Assembly (NCBI GenBank): GCA_965235115.1
Contig: OZ249436.1
Coordinates: forward strand, 6,820,001 to 6,884,000
Reading direction: 5' to 3'
Length of the DNA stretch: 64,000 bases
Source of the DNA: Laetmonice hystrix
Lineage: Eukaryota
Part shown: in pieces, positions 1 through 14,035 of the stretch
Layout of the letters: every line of letters begins with the position of its first letter
Numbering within the stretch: the stretch's first letter is position 1
Program-made: the position numbers and the translations under genes
Notes under the pieces: model-generated
Seen by the model: only the letters and a program-made list of their open reading frames with translations
What the model was told of the DNA's origin: nothing
Databases searched by the model: none

Positions 1-2169
1 TTGGAAAGTTCAATGGATTAAGAGTGTACATGTATTAGTGCCCGGAATATTGGTGAAACGAAGTGTTCTGGAAGTTATATGAAACGGAACGGGGATTCCG
101 TTATTCTCCTGAGAGTGCTCGGCAAAGGAATATATTACCTCAACGGTGTCACCTATTAGTCTGGTTTCTGTACTCATCGGATAATATCGCAAGTGTATTC
201 ATTCACGTCACCAACCCATGTACTCACAAGAAGACGAAGGATTGTTCACGGATCGTTAATAAATAGTAGAACTTTATCGCAGATGTCAATGTTGTGGTAG
301 AACCTGGGAAATCATCTATAACCGTTTACCTTTAGGAGTGGAAACCCTACCATTTGATGCTAGCCCCTTTTAAGCGTTGGGAAGAACCTTAGTACCTCTC
401 GTAAAATGACAATAGTGGCGCAAGCCTGGTGGAGAACGGACCTTTAAACCCCAAACTCAAAGAACGAACGGAAAGTATAAACATCATCTAAACATCTAAT
501 ATAAAACCAATAGCAAAGAAGAAAACACCCCAACGCAATATAAACTATACTCGGTTGATAGGGTTACGTGTGTCGACGCCCCTGCTGTCTATGAAAGGAG
601 ACCTTTGCCTGAGGGTGACATTTCGGGGCTATCCTCTGAAAGGTCTCCGTCCGGTGGTTTTCCTAAGGTGTAATTTGACGTTTTGATAATTACCCTTCTT
701 GGCGGGTAGTCAGTGTTTGGTTGGAGTACTGGGGGGGGGGTGAACTTGGCACCACTAAGCTTGTCGTATGTGTGTCTAGGTGACGCCGGCGGAGCGGGTT
801 GTCGGTCTCAGCGTCTCCTCTCGAGGTGGAACGCTCGGGTTGCTTGCTATACGGTAAATTCTACAGGCCTCCTGACAGGAAACTTACAAACAATCGCTCG
901 CGCCTGATTAACCGCTGGGACGGCGGGCTGACACCTGCTGGGAAAATGGCCGAGTTGTCCGTGCTCTATTGTCAGCCCCGCGCCAGACTGCCCCCTATCC
1001 AACAAGCCTGCATTAACAAACTATTCACAGACATAGACAGGCCCATCGACTCCCGTCCTCACCATGTCTGACGATTGTAACGAAAAACTAGTCGTAATTA
1101 TGTCCCCTCAATGAAAAAAAACCTTTACACTGCCTTCAGGTTTCATTCAGCCGATAAAAGATTCGAAATTTAACTATACGCTTCAGTTTTGGAAGATCTC
1201 AGCTAACCAGGCTGCACACTAGTGATTTTTTACTTGGATCTTGTTATCTCGCCTACATTGTCTGCCTAGAACCGAGGAGTCAAGACATCGACAGATGAGA
1301 TATGACAGGAGAAAAACGCCAGACCTCGCCATACGAGTGATGAATGCTGTCGGGCCATTTCATGCAACTTGATCGGGGGTCAGGATGCTTTTAACAAATC
1401 TCTACAATTTGCCCCCGAAGTCCGAGCCACAATGGCCAGCTGGCGGCCGACATGGGACCCGTCACAGCACAGTGTCGGCTGTCCCGCCCCGGCGGACCCG
1501 CCAGCCCAGCTACTATGGGTCAATTTACAACCCCATCTCGGGGCCTCTAATAGATAGCAACGGCCGCTGCTACAGAGGCCAAGACCTTTTTAAGGCCACA
1601 AAGTGACTGACAAACAATGGTGGCAATCTTTGTCGTGTAGCATCAAACTAAACCAGACACCGACAGAAAACGAAAAGGGGTCAATAGTTTATCAGTGTAT
1701 CGCGCCATCTGGTGGACAGGTAGAATAACTCCGACTTCTCATGATAAAAAACATGTAACTTTTTCATCTCCATTTTTCATTTCCATTTTTTGGACTACAT
1801 TCCATCGGACTTCCGCGGTTCACTACCTGACATACCTGTACGTCCTCCAGTCGCGCCCTTTATCACGACTAATTATATAGATCTACCGAACAATTCTGTT
1901 AAAATCAAGAGTCGAGTGGCCTAGCTCCCCTGGACTCTATGACAGCGCCTATCAAAGCGTTCAATATAGCCAGACAATGATGTTATAGAATTACATGGGG
2001 CACATGTACATATGTTGTTTTACGTATAAACATAGATTTAGCACAATCTATGCTAAATGTCGATGGTACGACCGTCCTGTTCTACCCTTGCTCGTCTCTG
2101 CTCACACGATGAGTGTCTTGACGGAAGGTCTCAGCACACGCGTATAGTCACATCCTACCCGCAGTCAGA

Positions 2170-2609
2170 AGACGGTCAGACACATGTCTATAATAACCCA
2201 GTACAGCAGACGGTTAGACACATGTCTATAATAACCCAGTACATGTCTATAATAACCCAGTACAGCAGACGGTTAGACACAATGTCTATAATAACCCAGT
2301 ACATGTCCATAATAACCCAGTACAGCAGAGGGTCAGACACGTGTCTATAATAACCCAGGACATGTCTATAATAACCCAGTACAGCAGAGGGTCAGACACA
2401 TGTCTATAATAAATCAGTACAGCAGACGGTCAGACATTATGTCTATGATAACCCAATACAGCAGAAGATCACACATAATGTATATATTAACCCAATACAG
2501 TAGAATATCAGACATAATGTATATAATAACCCAGTACAACATGAGATCAGACATAATATCTATAATAACCCTGTACAGCAGACAGTCAGACATATGTCTA
2601 TGATAACCA
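2170..2609. repeat. Degenerate minisatellite, 38-39 bp unit interleaved with a 21-bp sub-unit (about 60-bp dimer x3 at 2221-2400)
   Basis: Repeated ATGTCTATAATAACCCAGTAC(AGCAGACGGTCAGACAC); lines 2221, 2281 and 2341 align at a 59-60 bp period; units decay toward 2609. Confidence 0.9.
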
Positions 2610-3427
2610 GCCGACTGAGGCTTGGTATGGTCAGCCATGGCTGGGGGTAAGTGGCTGGTTGACCGGTCTCCACCTGCCGTACCTTCCGTCACGACCACGG
2701 CCCACCCATGTGGCTCCTTGCCCAAGGTTTGCCCACCTCCTTGACCCTCTACCAGGCCTCTCAGCGTATAAGACAGCAATGGAAAGAAACAATGACAAAC
2801 TTAGATAAGATGAAAAACTATAATAGCGATGTCTGTATTTTTCAATGAGGTGGTTCTATACAAGCACGTCTTGGAGAAACACTCAGCGGTTAATCTATTC
2901 TTACACGACAGATTTACAACTCAACAAAATATGTTGTGGTCTCTGCCAAAGTTTGGTCTCATTTTTGTGATGCACTGAGAGAAAGATGTCTGTAGTCAAT
3001 TTTGTGGGTTGTGGGGCTCGGGTGGAGACGCTGGCAACACGTGCGACCCCCATTGATGGGCTGCTACTCCCTCGCTCGGCTCAGGACACCTTGGAGGGGT
3101 ACGGCATTTACCCCGTACGTGTGGGTAGCTCACAGAGGGGTACGGTCGGCGCCCTCCCTGGCGGCTAGGTCAGTACCCCGACGCCGAGGGGGTCAGCGTC
3201 TCAGTGAGCTTTATGATGGATTAGAAGGAAACAAGCCGCTGCAGTGGTCCCCACCTTTTGATTACTAGGTTACCGGTACACAGGCCTGGCACTGGCTATC
3301 GGATCACAGTCTACGTCCGCCCCAGTCTGACTCAGTGTGTACACCCTTCTCACCCAACCCCACCCAGTCAATTCCAAAAAAGTCCTCCTTCCCATGCCAG
3401 AACTGACGACTGGTAATCAAGACCAGA

Positions 3428-3614
3428 ACATGGGGATTTCGTCCAATCCGTTCGCTGTATACCATATGACCAAGTGGCTGTGTCGACAGACATGGGGACC
3501 TCGTCCAATCCGTTCGCTGTATACCATAGGCCCAAGTGGCTGTGCCGACAGACATGGGGATTTCGTCCGATCCGTTCGCTGTATACCATATGACCAAGTG
3601 GCTGTGTCGACAGA
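3428..3614. repeat. Tandem repeat, 62 bp x3
   Basis: ACATGGGGA...CTGTG[T/C]CGACAG starts at 3428, 3490 and 3552. Confidence 0.95.
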
Positions 3615-4862
3615 ATTTTACATCTGGTGAAGTTTCCTTGCAAACTTGCAGATTAATGTCAATGCGTCCTAGTGGGTGACCTTTGTTTTAATGCCCTTCA
3701 CGGTTTAATCGAAGGCCTGGGATCACAAATTACATCGGAAAACCTATGGAGATTTCCAGGTGACATCATGCGTGACCTTTCATGTGATTGTGCTCGGCCA
3801 ATCATGACCGTTCAGAGTCGATGCACAGCACGGGGCTCGACTGGTAACACCCTGGAGGCCCAGATGAGAAATTGTTTTGGAACTTGATGTCCATACATAC
3901 ATGATTGTATACAATATAAAATGTACACATTTTCCGAATGCCGGTACGCATATAGAAATAAATCAGTGATTGTGAATTAGCACCTACTACGTATGCAAAA
4001 TCAGTTGTGGAAAAATCACTTTCATTTCATTGACCCCTAAAAACTGACTAATTGCTCATTCCAAATACATTTAACGTGCACCCTCCCATACAAATACACC
4101 ATATTCATGTACCGACACACAACATACATATTGAGTTATGACGTTATTTTTACCAAAATTGGACATGTGTTTTCACAACTGTAACCTCCGTGTTAATTTT
4201 CACACGTTTCCCGTTCAGTTCTCGTTTGCTGTGACATGTTGTTCGCTGTCATATAAGTAATTCCAGACGTCTTCCCTCCTTTAAGAGAGCCGCTGTCGTC
4301 GCCATTAATAGAGCTCTTAGTCCGCAAACAGGCTGATCATGATGCTGACAGCCAGATAAGGCCTTGCCACCCTCGCCAGACGCTGTCGGCCAACGCTGTC
4401 AAGTATAGCCAACAAAATGGGACTTAAATAAGCCCCGTGTCCCTTTCATCCAGCCAGGGTTAAAAGGCATCTCTGGAGTCACTTACGATCCCAGAACCCA
4501 CGCTGGAGGCGAGAGGCGACGGTACTGAGAGATGGGAAAGGGGATCTCGGGGCTAATCAAAGCCAGTGCCTGGCCCCAGGTCTGGCACTGATACGGGCCG
4601 GCCCGTTCTTAGAGAGCGCCAACAACCAAAAAACTGTCCCCTTCGGACATACCTCAGGCTAAGGAAGAAAAATATCCCACGCATCGATTTTCATTACTCG
4701 TCGTCTCAGGCCTTCTGCTCCAAGAACGGTAGAGAAAAGTTAAACGATTAATTTGAGACTGAAACGAGCATAAAAACAGAAGAAGAGAACATCGTCCCAT
4801 GCACACATGAAAACATTCCTCCACCATGAACATCGTTTACATGCCTCCAAAATGTTGAATCA

Positions 4863-4959
4863 TGTCAGTTCTGTGGCACGCCTTCACATAAATTGGAAAG
4901 CTTCAAATATTTCTCATTTTACAAACGCTGTACTTTTTCTAAAACGGCATAATTTGTGA
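4863..4959 (+). mobile_element. Possible decayed BEL/Pao-type gag zinc-knuckle fragment
   Basis: Translates CQFCGTPSHKLES(F)KYF (CX2CX4HX4C with last Cys as TTC); after removing one T from the T5 run at 4934-4938 it continues R-C-T-F-L-K-R-H-N-L-(TGA). Motif resemblance only. Confidence 0.25.
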
Positions 4960-7900
4960 AACCAAAAAATCTTTCTAACGTAATCACCCTCACATTCAAA
5001 GTGAAGCAGGAGAAGTCGAATCTCTCATTGCCTGGGTCAGACGTCCAGAGTTCTCCCAGTTCACATGGCCGTCCGGGACCTTGTACAAGTATGTCACCTA
5101 GCTATGTCATATGTCTTGTGTGACCTCCGAGACCCCGCTGTCAGCATCGGTTCGAGTCTAGACACGTGAGACACCACCAGCCACACCTCTTGAACCGCCA
5201 ACCTTCAAAGGCAAACTGAGTTTTGTTCTTTCTTGAGCTCTTCAAGACTTTAAAATCCCCGCTCTCTTGGTATGTTTCACAAATCTTTGTCATAAACAAA
5301 TCGTATTCATTGTAAGTCCGTACATACGGACGTATATTGTAGGCAAGTATATTCTCTACATTTGGAGAAGGTAATATTGAGGAAGAGCCGAATCTTTTCA
5401 GAGCGCACAACAAATTGCATATTTAGAGTTTTGCTATTATTGACTTTACGGACGAGAAGACGAAAAAATGTAAGGAGAGAAAGAAAAAGACTTGGTAGTA
5501 GCATCGGCAGTACTGAGAAGATCGTACGTATCTATAGGAACTGCTGCCAATGTGGGATGTAACGGGTATCTCTGTACTTGTACCCGTTATCTGAACATTT
5601 CCCGCCCATCTCCTGTTTGTATGTAACCGTCATATGTAATCTTTCACCCTTTCTGCCCGACAGACCTTACCATCCCTCTGTGAACGATAAGGGATCGTTG
5701 ATAATGCTTTAAAAGATTGAATTCGACAAAGTTCAAATATATTCCATGGATCTTTATCTGAGCATGAAATAACGTCAAGCCTAATATCGAGAGAAACAAC
5801 CAGATATGCATGGCCGCCAATTTCCTCGAGCAGGAACGCCAGACCAATGGACCCTTGGAAGTAGGAAAAGTGTGGTAGAAAACGTAAAAGAAAAAAAGAG
5901 GGGGGATCCGCATGTAGTCGCTTGCAGGGGTATCTGGCCTAGGGTAGCGCGGATTACTAGCGTGGTGACCCTGAGGTACTCTGTGAGAGTGAAGAGACAT
6001 ATGGAAGCGAGATAATACGGAAGGAGGCTGAACCCTGCACAAACAACCCTCCACAAGTTACCTGGTGGATGAAGATAGTAAGTCTGGTTCCTTAGAACAG
6101 ACCCATTCCTGAATATAGTCGCCTCCCCTCATAAAAACATCACTGGTCAATGTGTTTCACTATATATAGCCAACCCCATCTCAGGAAATATAATGTCATC
6201 CAAGTATCTCATTAACACAGCGAGCCTAAAAAGTCCGTGTACAGCTTGCAATACCCAACAAAATACAATTCTAGCAATCAGGCGATGATAAGATTAAACG
6301 GGCTTTATATTCAATTCAAAAATTTACCAAATACAAGTTAGTACCCGTTGAAACAGAACGTCCTCTTGGGTGAAGCGATATGCCGCTGACAGCCCCCACT
6401 GGATGTGGTACCTAGGCGGAGATGTGGCAGGCGTGACGTGGCCGGTGTTTGACCAACCAACCTAGGATATAGCACTTACTGTGAGTGAAATGAGAAGAGA
6501 CAGGGGCGATAAAATATTGGGGCAGTGCAAAATAGTAAGGGAGCTCCAAATGGGGTTGTCTATTCTGAAAGGCGATCTCTTCTGGGATCCTTGTTGGCGC
6601 GTGTATAAGGATGGAAAACGGGACTTACAATTATAGGTTGCTTACATTTTTCTCTCTTTTATTCGAGCATTCTTATGAACCCACTTCCACTGCTTGTCTA
6701 ACCGATGTCTAATCCCCAGATCTTGTAAACTCCCCAGCTGGGGTTTATATTCTTCCACCATCCCCCGATAGCCTGCTTGACGCTCAGCAAACCGTAACAT
6801 TTTCCTGTCTCTGTCAACAAATAAACATGGCAAGAGTATCACCTCCACATCCACACATACACTCCCCGGGGTGGGTAAATACGTGCGGCCTTCTCTCGTC
6901 GTAGTCCGACACAACGTCTCTCTATATCATCCACCTGGTGTGCATACCTCGCACTATCTCCCCATGTACGATCCCGACAGTTGCGAGCAGTGAAGGAAAG
7001 TCAGATCTCATCACCGGCCAGCGAGCATGGAAGGGAAATATTGTCAGATAACGTTTCACTGGGCAATCATGGCACGGGAGACATGACGGTACGTCCTGGT
7101 CGGAGACGGGTCCGCCTGCGTTGAAAATGGCGGCGCGAAGTAAATTACAAAGTTCAGATTCTCAAGGTGGCCACGTTAGAAGTTTACATCGTACGGCTCA
7201 CAACTGGCAGTTTTATGTGCCGACATCATCTGTCGGTGACGGTTTGATCTAACAAAAACTCCACCAGACCGTGTGTTCTCTGCGGCGGCCATATTTCAGT
7301 GTGCGAACATCCTAGATGAGTTACGTCCGCGTATCGGATGTCGCGAGGTGAAAAAACTCGACGCGCAGTGCCGAACGCGACGCCATGTCTCGTGCGTGCT
7401 GGTCGGACGAGGCGCTCACAATCGTTGGCAGTGACGACAACAACTTTATTACAACCAGTCATACTGGGTTGTCTCGTGGTACCTGGCGGGGAATGCTACC
7501 GAAATACAGAACCCACCGAGTGATACCATGCATATCTTTTAACCTGTTAACACCTTACCTGACCTTCCCACTTCTAACCTCAGTATAAGATCAAACCTAG
7601 ATACTCCCACACCCGGACTCGACTCTTCCTCTGAAACAAAATGACAGCATGCCATCTATATTTACGACAAACTTACGGACATGGTAGTGATCACTACACT
7701 TTTCAATCATGTGGAAACTTCTAAAATGTTGAACGTAAACTGAACTCAACTTTTCCCTTCTAAATTTACCAATCCTTGGCTTCAGGAAGGGAACAAACCT
7801 TGTGTACTTTATCTATACAACGTACGATTCCAGTGGCGCTCAGCCGCTATTACACAGGTGGAACTAATCGACAAGCACATGATACTTTCATATCTAGCGC

Positions 7901-8739
7901 CATTCATCAGAGCAGATAACAGTAACACATGCACGCCCGACATAACATCACTTCCCCTTCGCCTGTTATAAACATCAGTACACAAAAAAACATCAGTACA
8001 CAAAAATACAGACAGACAGACCACAGTCAAACTCGGCCCATCAGAAACATTCCATCCGAACCCTCCACTCATTTGAACCTCCTTGATTTATAACCTCAGT
8101 CCTTTCTTCTGCTCATCTTCATTACTGGTTCTCCTCTTCTTGCTTTTCTCCTGATGTAGCAGGGTACCCTTTTTCCTCAAACTTACATCACTGACATATG
8201 CACTCAATTTTCCCCCTCTTCAATGCCCGCTAACCTATTCATCTTCAGCCTTCCTCACTTCTAAACGACGCATAGGAAAACATTTTTAAAACGTATTTGT
8301 TTCCTATATATTTACATGACCTCCATTGTTACTGCCTCAGAGCATGCCAAGATCTGTTTGCCATCCCTCACCTTCGCTGTTATGCAGTGGTTACTTGGTG
8401 TTCTCCATCACCCTGATTACAGTGATATCCCAGGTGGGTAACCAATAAAGAACCTGTGCATCTCTTCACAGCCCTGGTGAAAAGGGCGTGTTGGTTAGCT
8501 GGATGGGAGGGAGCGAAGTTTGTTATACCTGTAGATAGGAAAATGTTTCCCCACTGACGGCATTCTTGGCATATTTGAAGAATGACTTGACTCTGACGGC
8601 ACCTAGACTCGGCAATTACCCGTCATTGAACCTAGACCTTCTCTGATACTATAAATCTGGGATCCTTGATAACAGAGATCTTCAAGTACTCATTATGTCT
8701 CATCAATGATATGGAAACTGAAGAATAACAATCTTATTA

Positions 8740-8883
8740 NNNNNNNNNNNNNNNNNNNNNNNNNNNNNNNNNNNNNNNNNNNNNNNNNNNNNNNNNNNNN
8801 NNNNNNNNNNNNNNNNNNNNNNNNNNNNNNNNNNNNNNNNNNNNNNNNNNNNNNNNNNNNNNNNNNNNNNNNNNNNNNNNNNN
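8740..8883. other. Assembly gap (144 N)
   Basis: Run of N characters. Confidence 1.
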
Positions 8884-9544
8884 NTGTCAGAGAGAGCTAG
8901 TAATGCATAAGAAGTACAATTAGCAATGAAAGATAAACAGCCTTCCCCATCCCTCTTCCAGAAGGATAATTATCTAATACTTATATAAATTACTGGAGAT
9001 TTTATTCTAATTGTTGGGGTATATGTTATCATTTTATAAGTAAGTGACCTATGCGAGAAAACGACTTAAAAGCTTGTATCCTGCTATAATAAAAGTCGCA
9101 GGGGACATGATTACAAGGCCACATACCACACCTCATTTCCTTGTCAAATATACATACGATGTATTATGACAAAATGAAACACAGGTCAGGGCAGCCGCGG
9201 CCCACCTTGACGCCAACAGTTGCCTGTCTTGAAGCATGACTAACTTCCCCAGGAGGGTCATACATCCAGACAGCCTGAACGTTCCTTCGGGGCTGAAAAG
9301 GCTATTAAATAATGAAAACTTCAGCAAAAGGTTCAATGTTCAAAGAAAAAAGTTTTAATACGCCTGAAAAGACTGTATATAAATCATCTAGCCCCTGAAT
9401 GGTACAAACTGTTATGTGTCTTGTTATTGGGAATTGGTAGATGGTGAGACGTTTGTGTAATACATGTATCAACAGTCATGAAATCAAGGGTTATAAAGAG
9501 AGTTTATGATGTCCACTCAGTGATGTACACTCAGCCTGTTGACT

Positions 9545-10954
9545 TGATTCCCTGAGGACCCTGTCGCTGGTTACACCAGTGCCTCATTGGTTCCCTGACG
9601 ACCCTGTCGCCGGTTACACCAGTGCCTCATTGGTTCCCTGACGACCCTGTCGCTGGTTACACCCGTGCCTCATTGGTTCCCTGACGACCCTGTCGCTGGT
9701 TACACCAGTGCCTCATTGGTTCCCTGACGACCCTGTCGCTGGTTACACCAGTGCCTCATTGGTTCCCTGACACCCAGTCGCTGGTTACACCAGTGCCTCA
9801 TTGGTTCCCTGACGACCCTGTCGCTGGTTACACCAGTGCCTCATTGGTTCCCTGACGACCCTGTCGCTGGTTACACCAGTGCCTTATTGGTTCCCTGACG
9901 ACCCTGTCGCTGGTTACACCAGTGCCTGGTTACACCAGCGCCTCATTGGTTCCATGACGACCCAGTCGCTGATTACACCAGTGCCTCATTGGTTCCCTGA
10001 CGACCCTGTCGCTGGTTATACCAGTGCCTCATTGGTCCCTGACGACCCTGTCGCTGGTTACACCAGTGCCTTATTGGTTCCCTGACGACCCTGTCGCTGG
10101 TTACACCAGTGCCTGGTTACACCAGTGCCTCATTGGTTCCATGACGACCCAGTCGCTGATTACACCTGTGCCTCATTGGTTCCCTGAGGACCCTGTCGCT
10201 GGTTACACCAGTGCCTAATTGGTTCCCTGACGACCCAGTCGCTGATTACACCTGTGCCTCATTGGTTCCCTGACGACCCAGTCGCTGGTTACACCAGTGC
10301 CTCATTGGTTCCCTGACACCCAGTCGCTGGTTACACCAGTGCCTCATTGGTTCCCTGACGACCCTGTCGCTGGTTACACCAGTGCCTCATTGGTTCCCTG
10401 ACGACCCTGTCGCTGGTTACACCAGTGCCTCATTGGTTCCCTGACGACCTTGTCGCTGGTTACACCAGTGCCTCATTGGTTCCCTGACGACCCAGTCGCT
10501 GGTTACACCAGTGCCTCATTGGTTCCCTGACGACCTTGTCGCTGGTTACACCAGTGCCTCATTGGTTCCCTGACGACCCTGTCGCTGGTTACACCAGTGC
10601 CTCATTGGTTCACTGACGACCCTGTCGCTGGTTACACCAGTGCCTCATTGGTTCCCTGACGACCCTGTCGCTGGTTACACCAGTGCCTGGTTACACCAGT
10701 GCCTCATTGGTTCCCTGACGACCCTGTCGCTGATTACACCAGTGCCTCATTGGTTCCCTGACGACCCTGTCGCTGGTTACACCAGTGCCTGGTTACACCA
10801 GTGCCTCATTGGTTCCCTGACGACCCTGTCGCTGGTTACACCAGTGCCTGGTTACACCAGTGCCTCATTGGTTCCCTGACGACCCTGTCGCTGGTTACAC
10901 CAGTGCCTCATTGGTTCCCTGACGACCCTGTCGCTGGTTACACCAGTGCCTCAT
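9545..10954. repeat. Minisatellite, 43 bp unit, about 32 copies, some with a 16-bp internal duplication
   Basis: Unit GACCCTGTCGCTGGTTACACCAGTGCCTCATTGGTTCCCTGAC; recurrent extra CTGGTTACACCAGTGC. Confidence 0.98.
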
Positions 10955-12291
10955 CGGTAGCAAGGAAAACTGAGACGAGATAAATCTGTCGTCGCTTTCA
11001 AAAACTCCCGTGGCTCTCCCCTTTTTTCCTCTTTTTTTCCTTTCCTTCCATTCAGGTGTATGACTTCAAGTTGGACCATATCATTTAAGAAGTTACATTT
11101 CAAATTACAACCCCTGGGTCCCTAGAGCACATGAGAAATAAACAAAAGTGAGACAAACAACAATAATGTAAGCAGACTAACAAACACCAACTACCTCGGG
11201 GGAGAACAAAGTATTCCATGTCTCTGATATATCGTACACGCACATCATGCGCATGCCAACGACCTGAACTCACTGTCAAGTAGCAGACAAATGGACGCTC
11301 CGTAAAGTTTGGCTTCCCGTATCCACCCTCCTGTCATGGAAAGAACTCATTCCCAACTGCTACAAGGCTTTCCTTCCGTGACAACTCGGAAAGTTCTGAA
11401 CAACGCGTCGACATCCACAAAGGATCCGAAACCTGAGGACGGAGCGTTTTCAGAAGTTTTGTTTTCATCAACTTTACCACGGACTTACTCCCCGCAAGTC
11501 CTCAAGAGGTCTCTGCCCATCGCAAACTTCCTGTGGACGGACTGGGAGGTCGGGAGGTCGGGAGGTCAGCCTCCCCGCACCCCCTCCCACGTACGGGCGT
11601 CAAGTCGGGGGCCGTCACCAGTTGGCACATTTGAACAATTTGTGCTCTGACAGGGTCCTAATTTGACGAGAATGTTAATGGTCGATGCGGGGCTTTGAAG
11701 TTGTAGCAGACGGCCCCAGCTGTTGGTAGTGAGCGTGGGTCACAGTCGAACTGCAGATGTCGTAGAGTCGTGGCTCCTGACCGGGCTGAGAAGGAGGGCA
11801 CGTGTGGGGCTAGACTGCGGGCAGCCCTGTCGTCTGCCCCCTCCTGGACTGCAGACCGCGGGGCATTACTTGTCTTTCGTGTTCCACTTGGGGTACAGTT
11901 CGACCACGTGGCCCCCATCCAACCCCCCAGGGCTGCAGAAAACTGGGCAGGCGAGGAACTAGCCCCGAGCAGGTCATATTATATTGCATCTTTCCTTACC
12001 GGAAGAAATAATTGTGCTGTAATTTGTGCATGGCAGGTCCTGACACCTCCAACATGTGCGGTCTGAGACAAAAGTTTCAAACCCTGACCGAGGAACTGCA
12101 GGGGACCTTCTCCCTCCGAGTATCTAATGAGACGTGGTGAATCACCTGACGACAGCGCCGCCTACACACCTCTAGATCGTCTTTCACCCTTTTTGCCCAA
12201 CCCCTGCTGCCTTCTGGCACTCGTAAGAGGAGTTGTAACGGGTATTTGACACCGGTTACCTAATCAAACCACTGCGGAGAGACGCAACAGG

Positions 12292-12450
12292 AACGCTCTG
12301 CCCTGCCATAGGAACCGCCCTAACGCCCTGCCCTGCCACACAAACCGCCCTAACGCCCTGCCCTGCCACACGAACCGCCCTAACGCCCTGCCCTGCCATA
12401 GGAACCGTCCTAACGCCCTGCCCTGCCACACGAACCGCCCCAACCTGCCC
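12292..12450. repeat. Minisatellite, 30 bp x about 5
   Basis: [GC][GA]AACCGCCCTAACGCCCTGCCCTGCCA[CT]A at 12311, 12341, 12371 and 12401. Confidence 0.95.
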
Positions 12451-13155
12451 GTTCACAGGAATAAAAGGGCGTGCTGCCTTGAAAACTTTTGACGGTAACT
12501 AAAAAGTGTATACATGTACATACAACTAAAGGCAGAACCTGAGCATACCCTCCTCCCCGTCTAAACTGCTCTCATTGGTCATCAATTCTCAGTGTATGTT
12601 CGAACTGTGACCATAATATACTTATAACTTGAAGCCAGATTCACATAGAGGCGGGAGGTTCACACTAATCGCCAGTCAGGGCGTTATCGGAGCAGAATTC
12701 CACAGGTTTCCGCCAGGGTTGACAGGTGTGGCCCCCGGCGAACCGCCCTTGAAGGGGAGCAGGAAGGGGTCGGCTGGGGATTCTTTGATGCCCTTCAACC
12801 TCGGCTCGCGACCCGTGTCTGGGCCGGCATGTCTGCCGCTCTATCGCCGCGACCTATCTCTTTTATCAGTACGGATGTGGTCAGATTTCATCGTTAACAT
12901 CTTGACCACTGCTTCTCGCAGATTTGATTAATTAGCACGGATTCGGCCTCTTCTCGATCCCATGGCATGCCACCCACGTGGTCAGTCTGAGGTCGGTTTA
13001 CTAACACCACTGGTCAACTTCTAATTCCGATCTGGGATTCAAGTGGTCATTCAAGGATCTGGCACACATACACAGGCGCCCCCGGTCACTAGTTCTCCAC
13101 AGTCCTGTCAACATAGGTGAAGAAGCAACGTATCCTTATCTTACCTACCGCTGTG

Positions 13156-14035
13156 TGCTGAAGGAGTCAGGGTGGCACCCCGGCTGGCGGTCACTGCTGG
13201 AGGAGTCAGGGTGGCACCCCGGCTGGCGGTCACTGCTGGAGGAGTCAGGGTGGCACCCCGGCTGGCAGTCACTGCTGGAGGAGTCAGGGTGGTACCCCGG
13301 CTGGCGGTCACTGCTGGAGGAGTCAGGGTGGCACCCCGGCTGGCGGTCACTGCTGGAGGAGTCAGGGTGGTACCCCGGCTGGCGGTCACTGCTGGAGGAG
13401 TCAGGGTGGCACCCCGGCTGGCGGTCTGGAGGAGTCAGGGTGGCACCCCGGCTGGCGGTCCGGAGGAGTCAGGGTGGTACCCCGGCTGGCGGTCACTGCT
13501 GGAGGAGTCAGAGTGGCACCCCGGCTGGCGGTCACTGCTGGAGGAGTCAGGGTGGCACCCCGGCTGGCGGTCACTGCTGGAGGAGTCAGGTGGCACCCCG
13601 GCTGGCGGTCTGGAGGAGTCAGGGTGGCACCCCGGCTGGCGGTCACTGCTGGAGGAGTCAGAGTGGCACCCCGGCTGGCGGTCACTGCTGGAGGAGTCAG
13701 GGTGGCACCCCGGCTGGCGGTCACTGCTGGAGGAGTCAGAGTGGCACCCCGGCTGGCGGTCACTGCTGGAGGAGTCAGGGTGGCACCCCGGCTGGCGGTC
13801 ACTGCTGGAGGAGTCAGGGTGGTACCCCGGCTGGCGGTCACTGCTGGAGGAGTCAGGGTGGTACCCTGGCTGGCGGTCACTGCTGGAGGAGTCAGGGTGG
13901 TACCCCGGCTGGCGGTCACTGCTGGAGGAGTCAGGGTGGTACCCCGGCTGGCGGTCACTGCTGGAGGAGTCAGGGTGGTACCCCGGCTGGCGGTCAATGC
14001 TGGAGGAGTGAGGGTGGTACCCCGGCTGGCAGTCA
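13156..14035. repeat. GC-rich minisatellite, 39 bp unit, about 23 copies, with 34-bp deletion variants
   Basis: Unit GGAGGAGTCAGGGTGGCACCCCGGCTGGCGGTCACTGCT; variants lacking 5 bp near 13425, 13460 and 13610 shift the frame. Confidence 0.98.

Noticed and set aside
5141-5413. Minus-strand FAFEGWRFKRCGWWC..C as a FLYWCH/MULE zinc finger
   Set aside because: Spacing is too short, the frame stops before any His pair, and there is no transposase core.
8540-8610. Minus-strand KSFFKYAK as a CR1/L2 ORF2 motif
   Set aside because: A single 8-residue resemblance with stops on both sides and no RT motifs.
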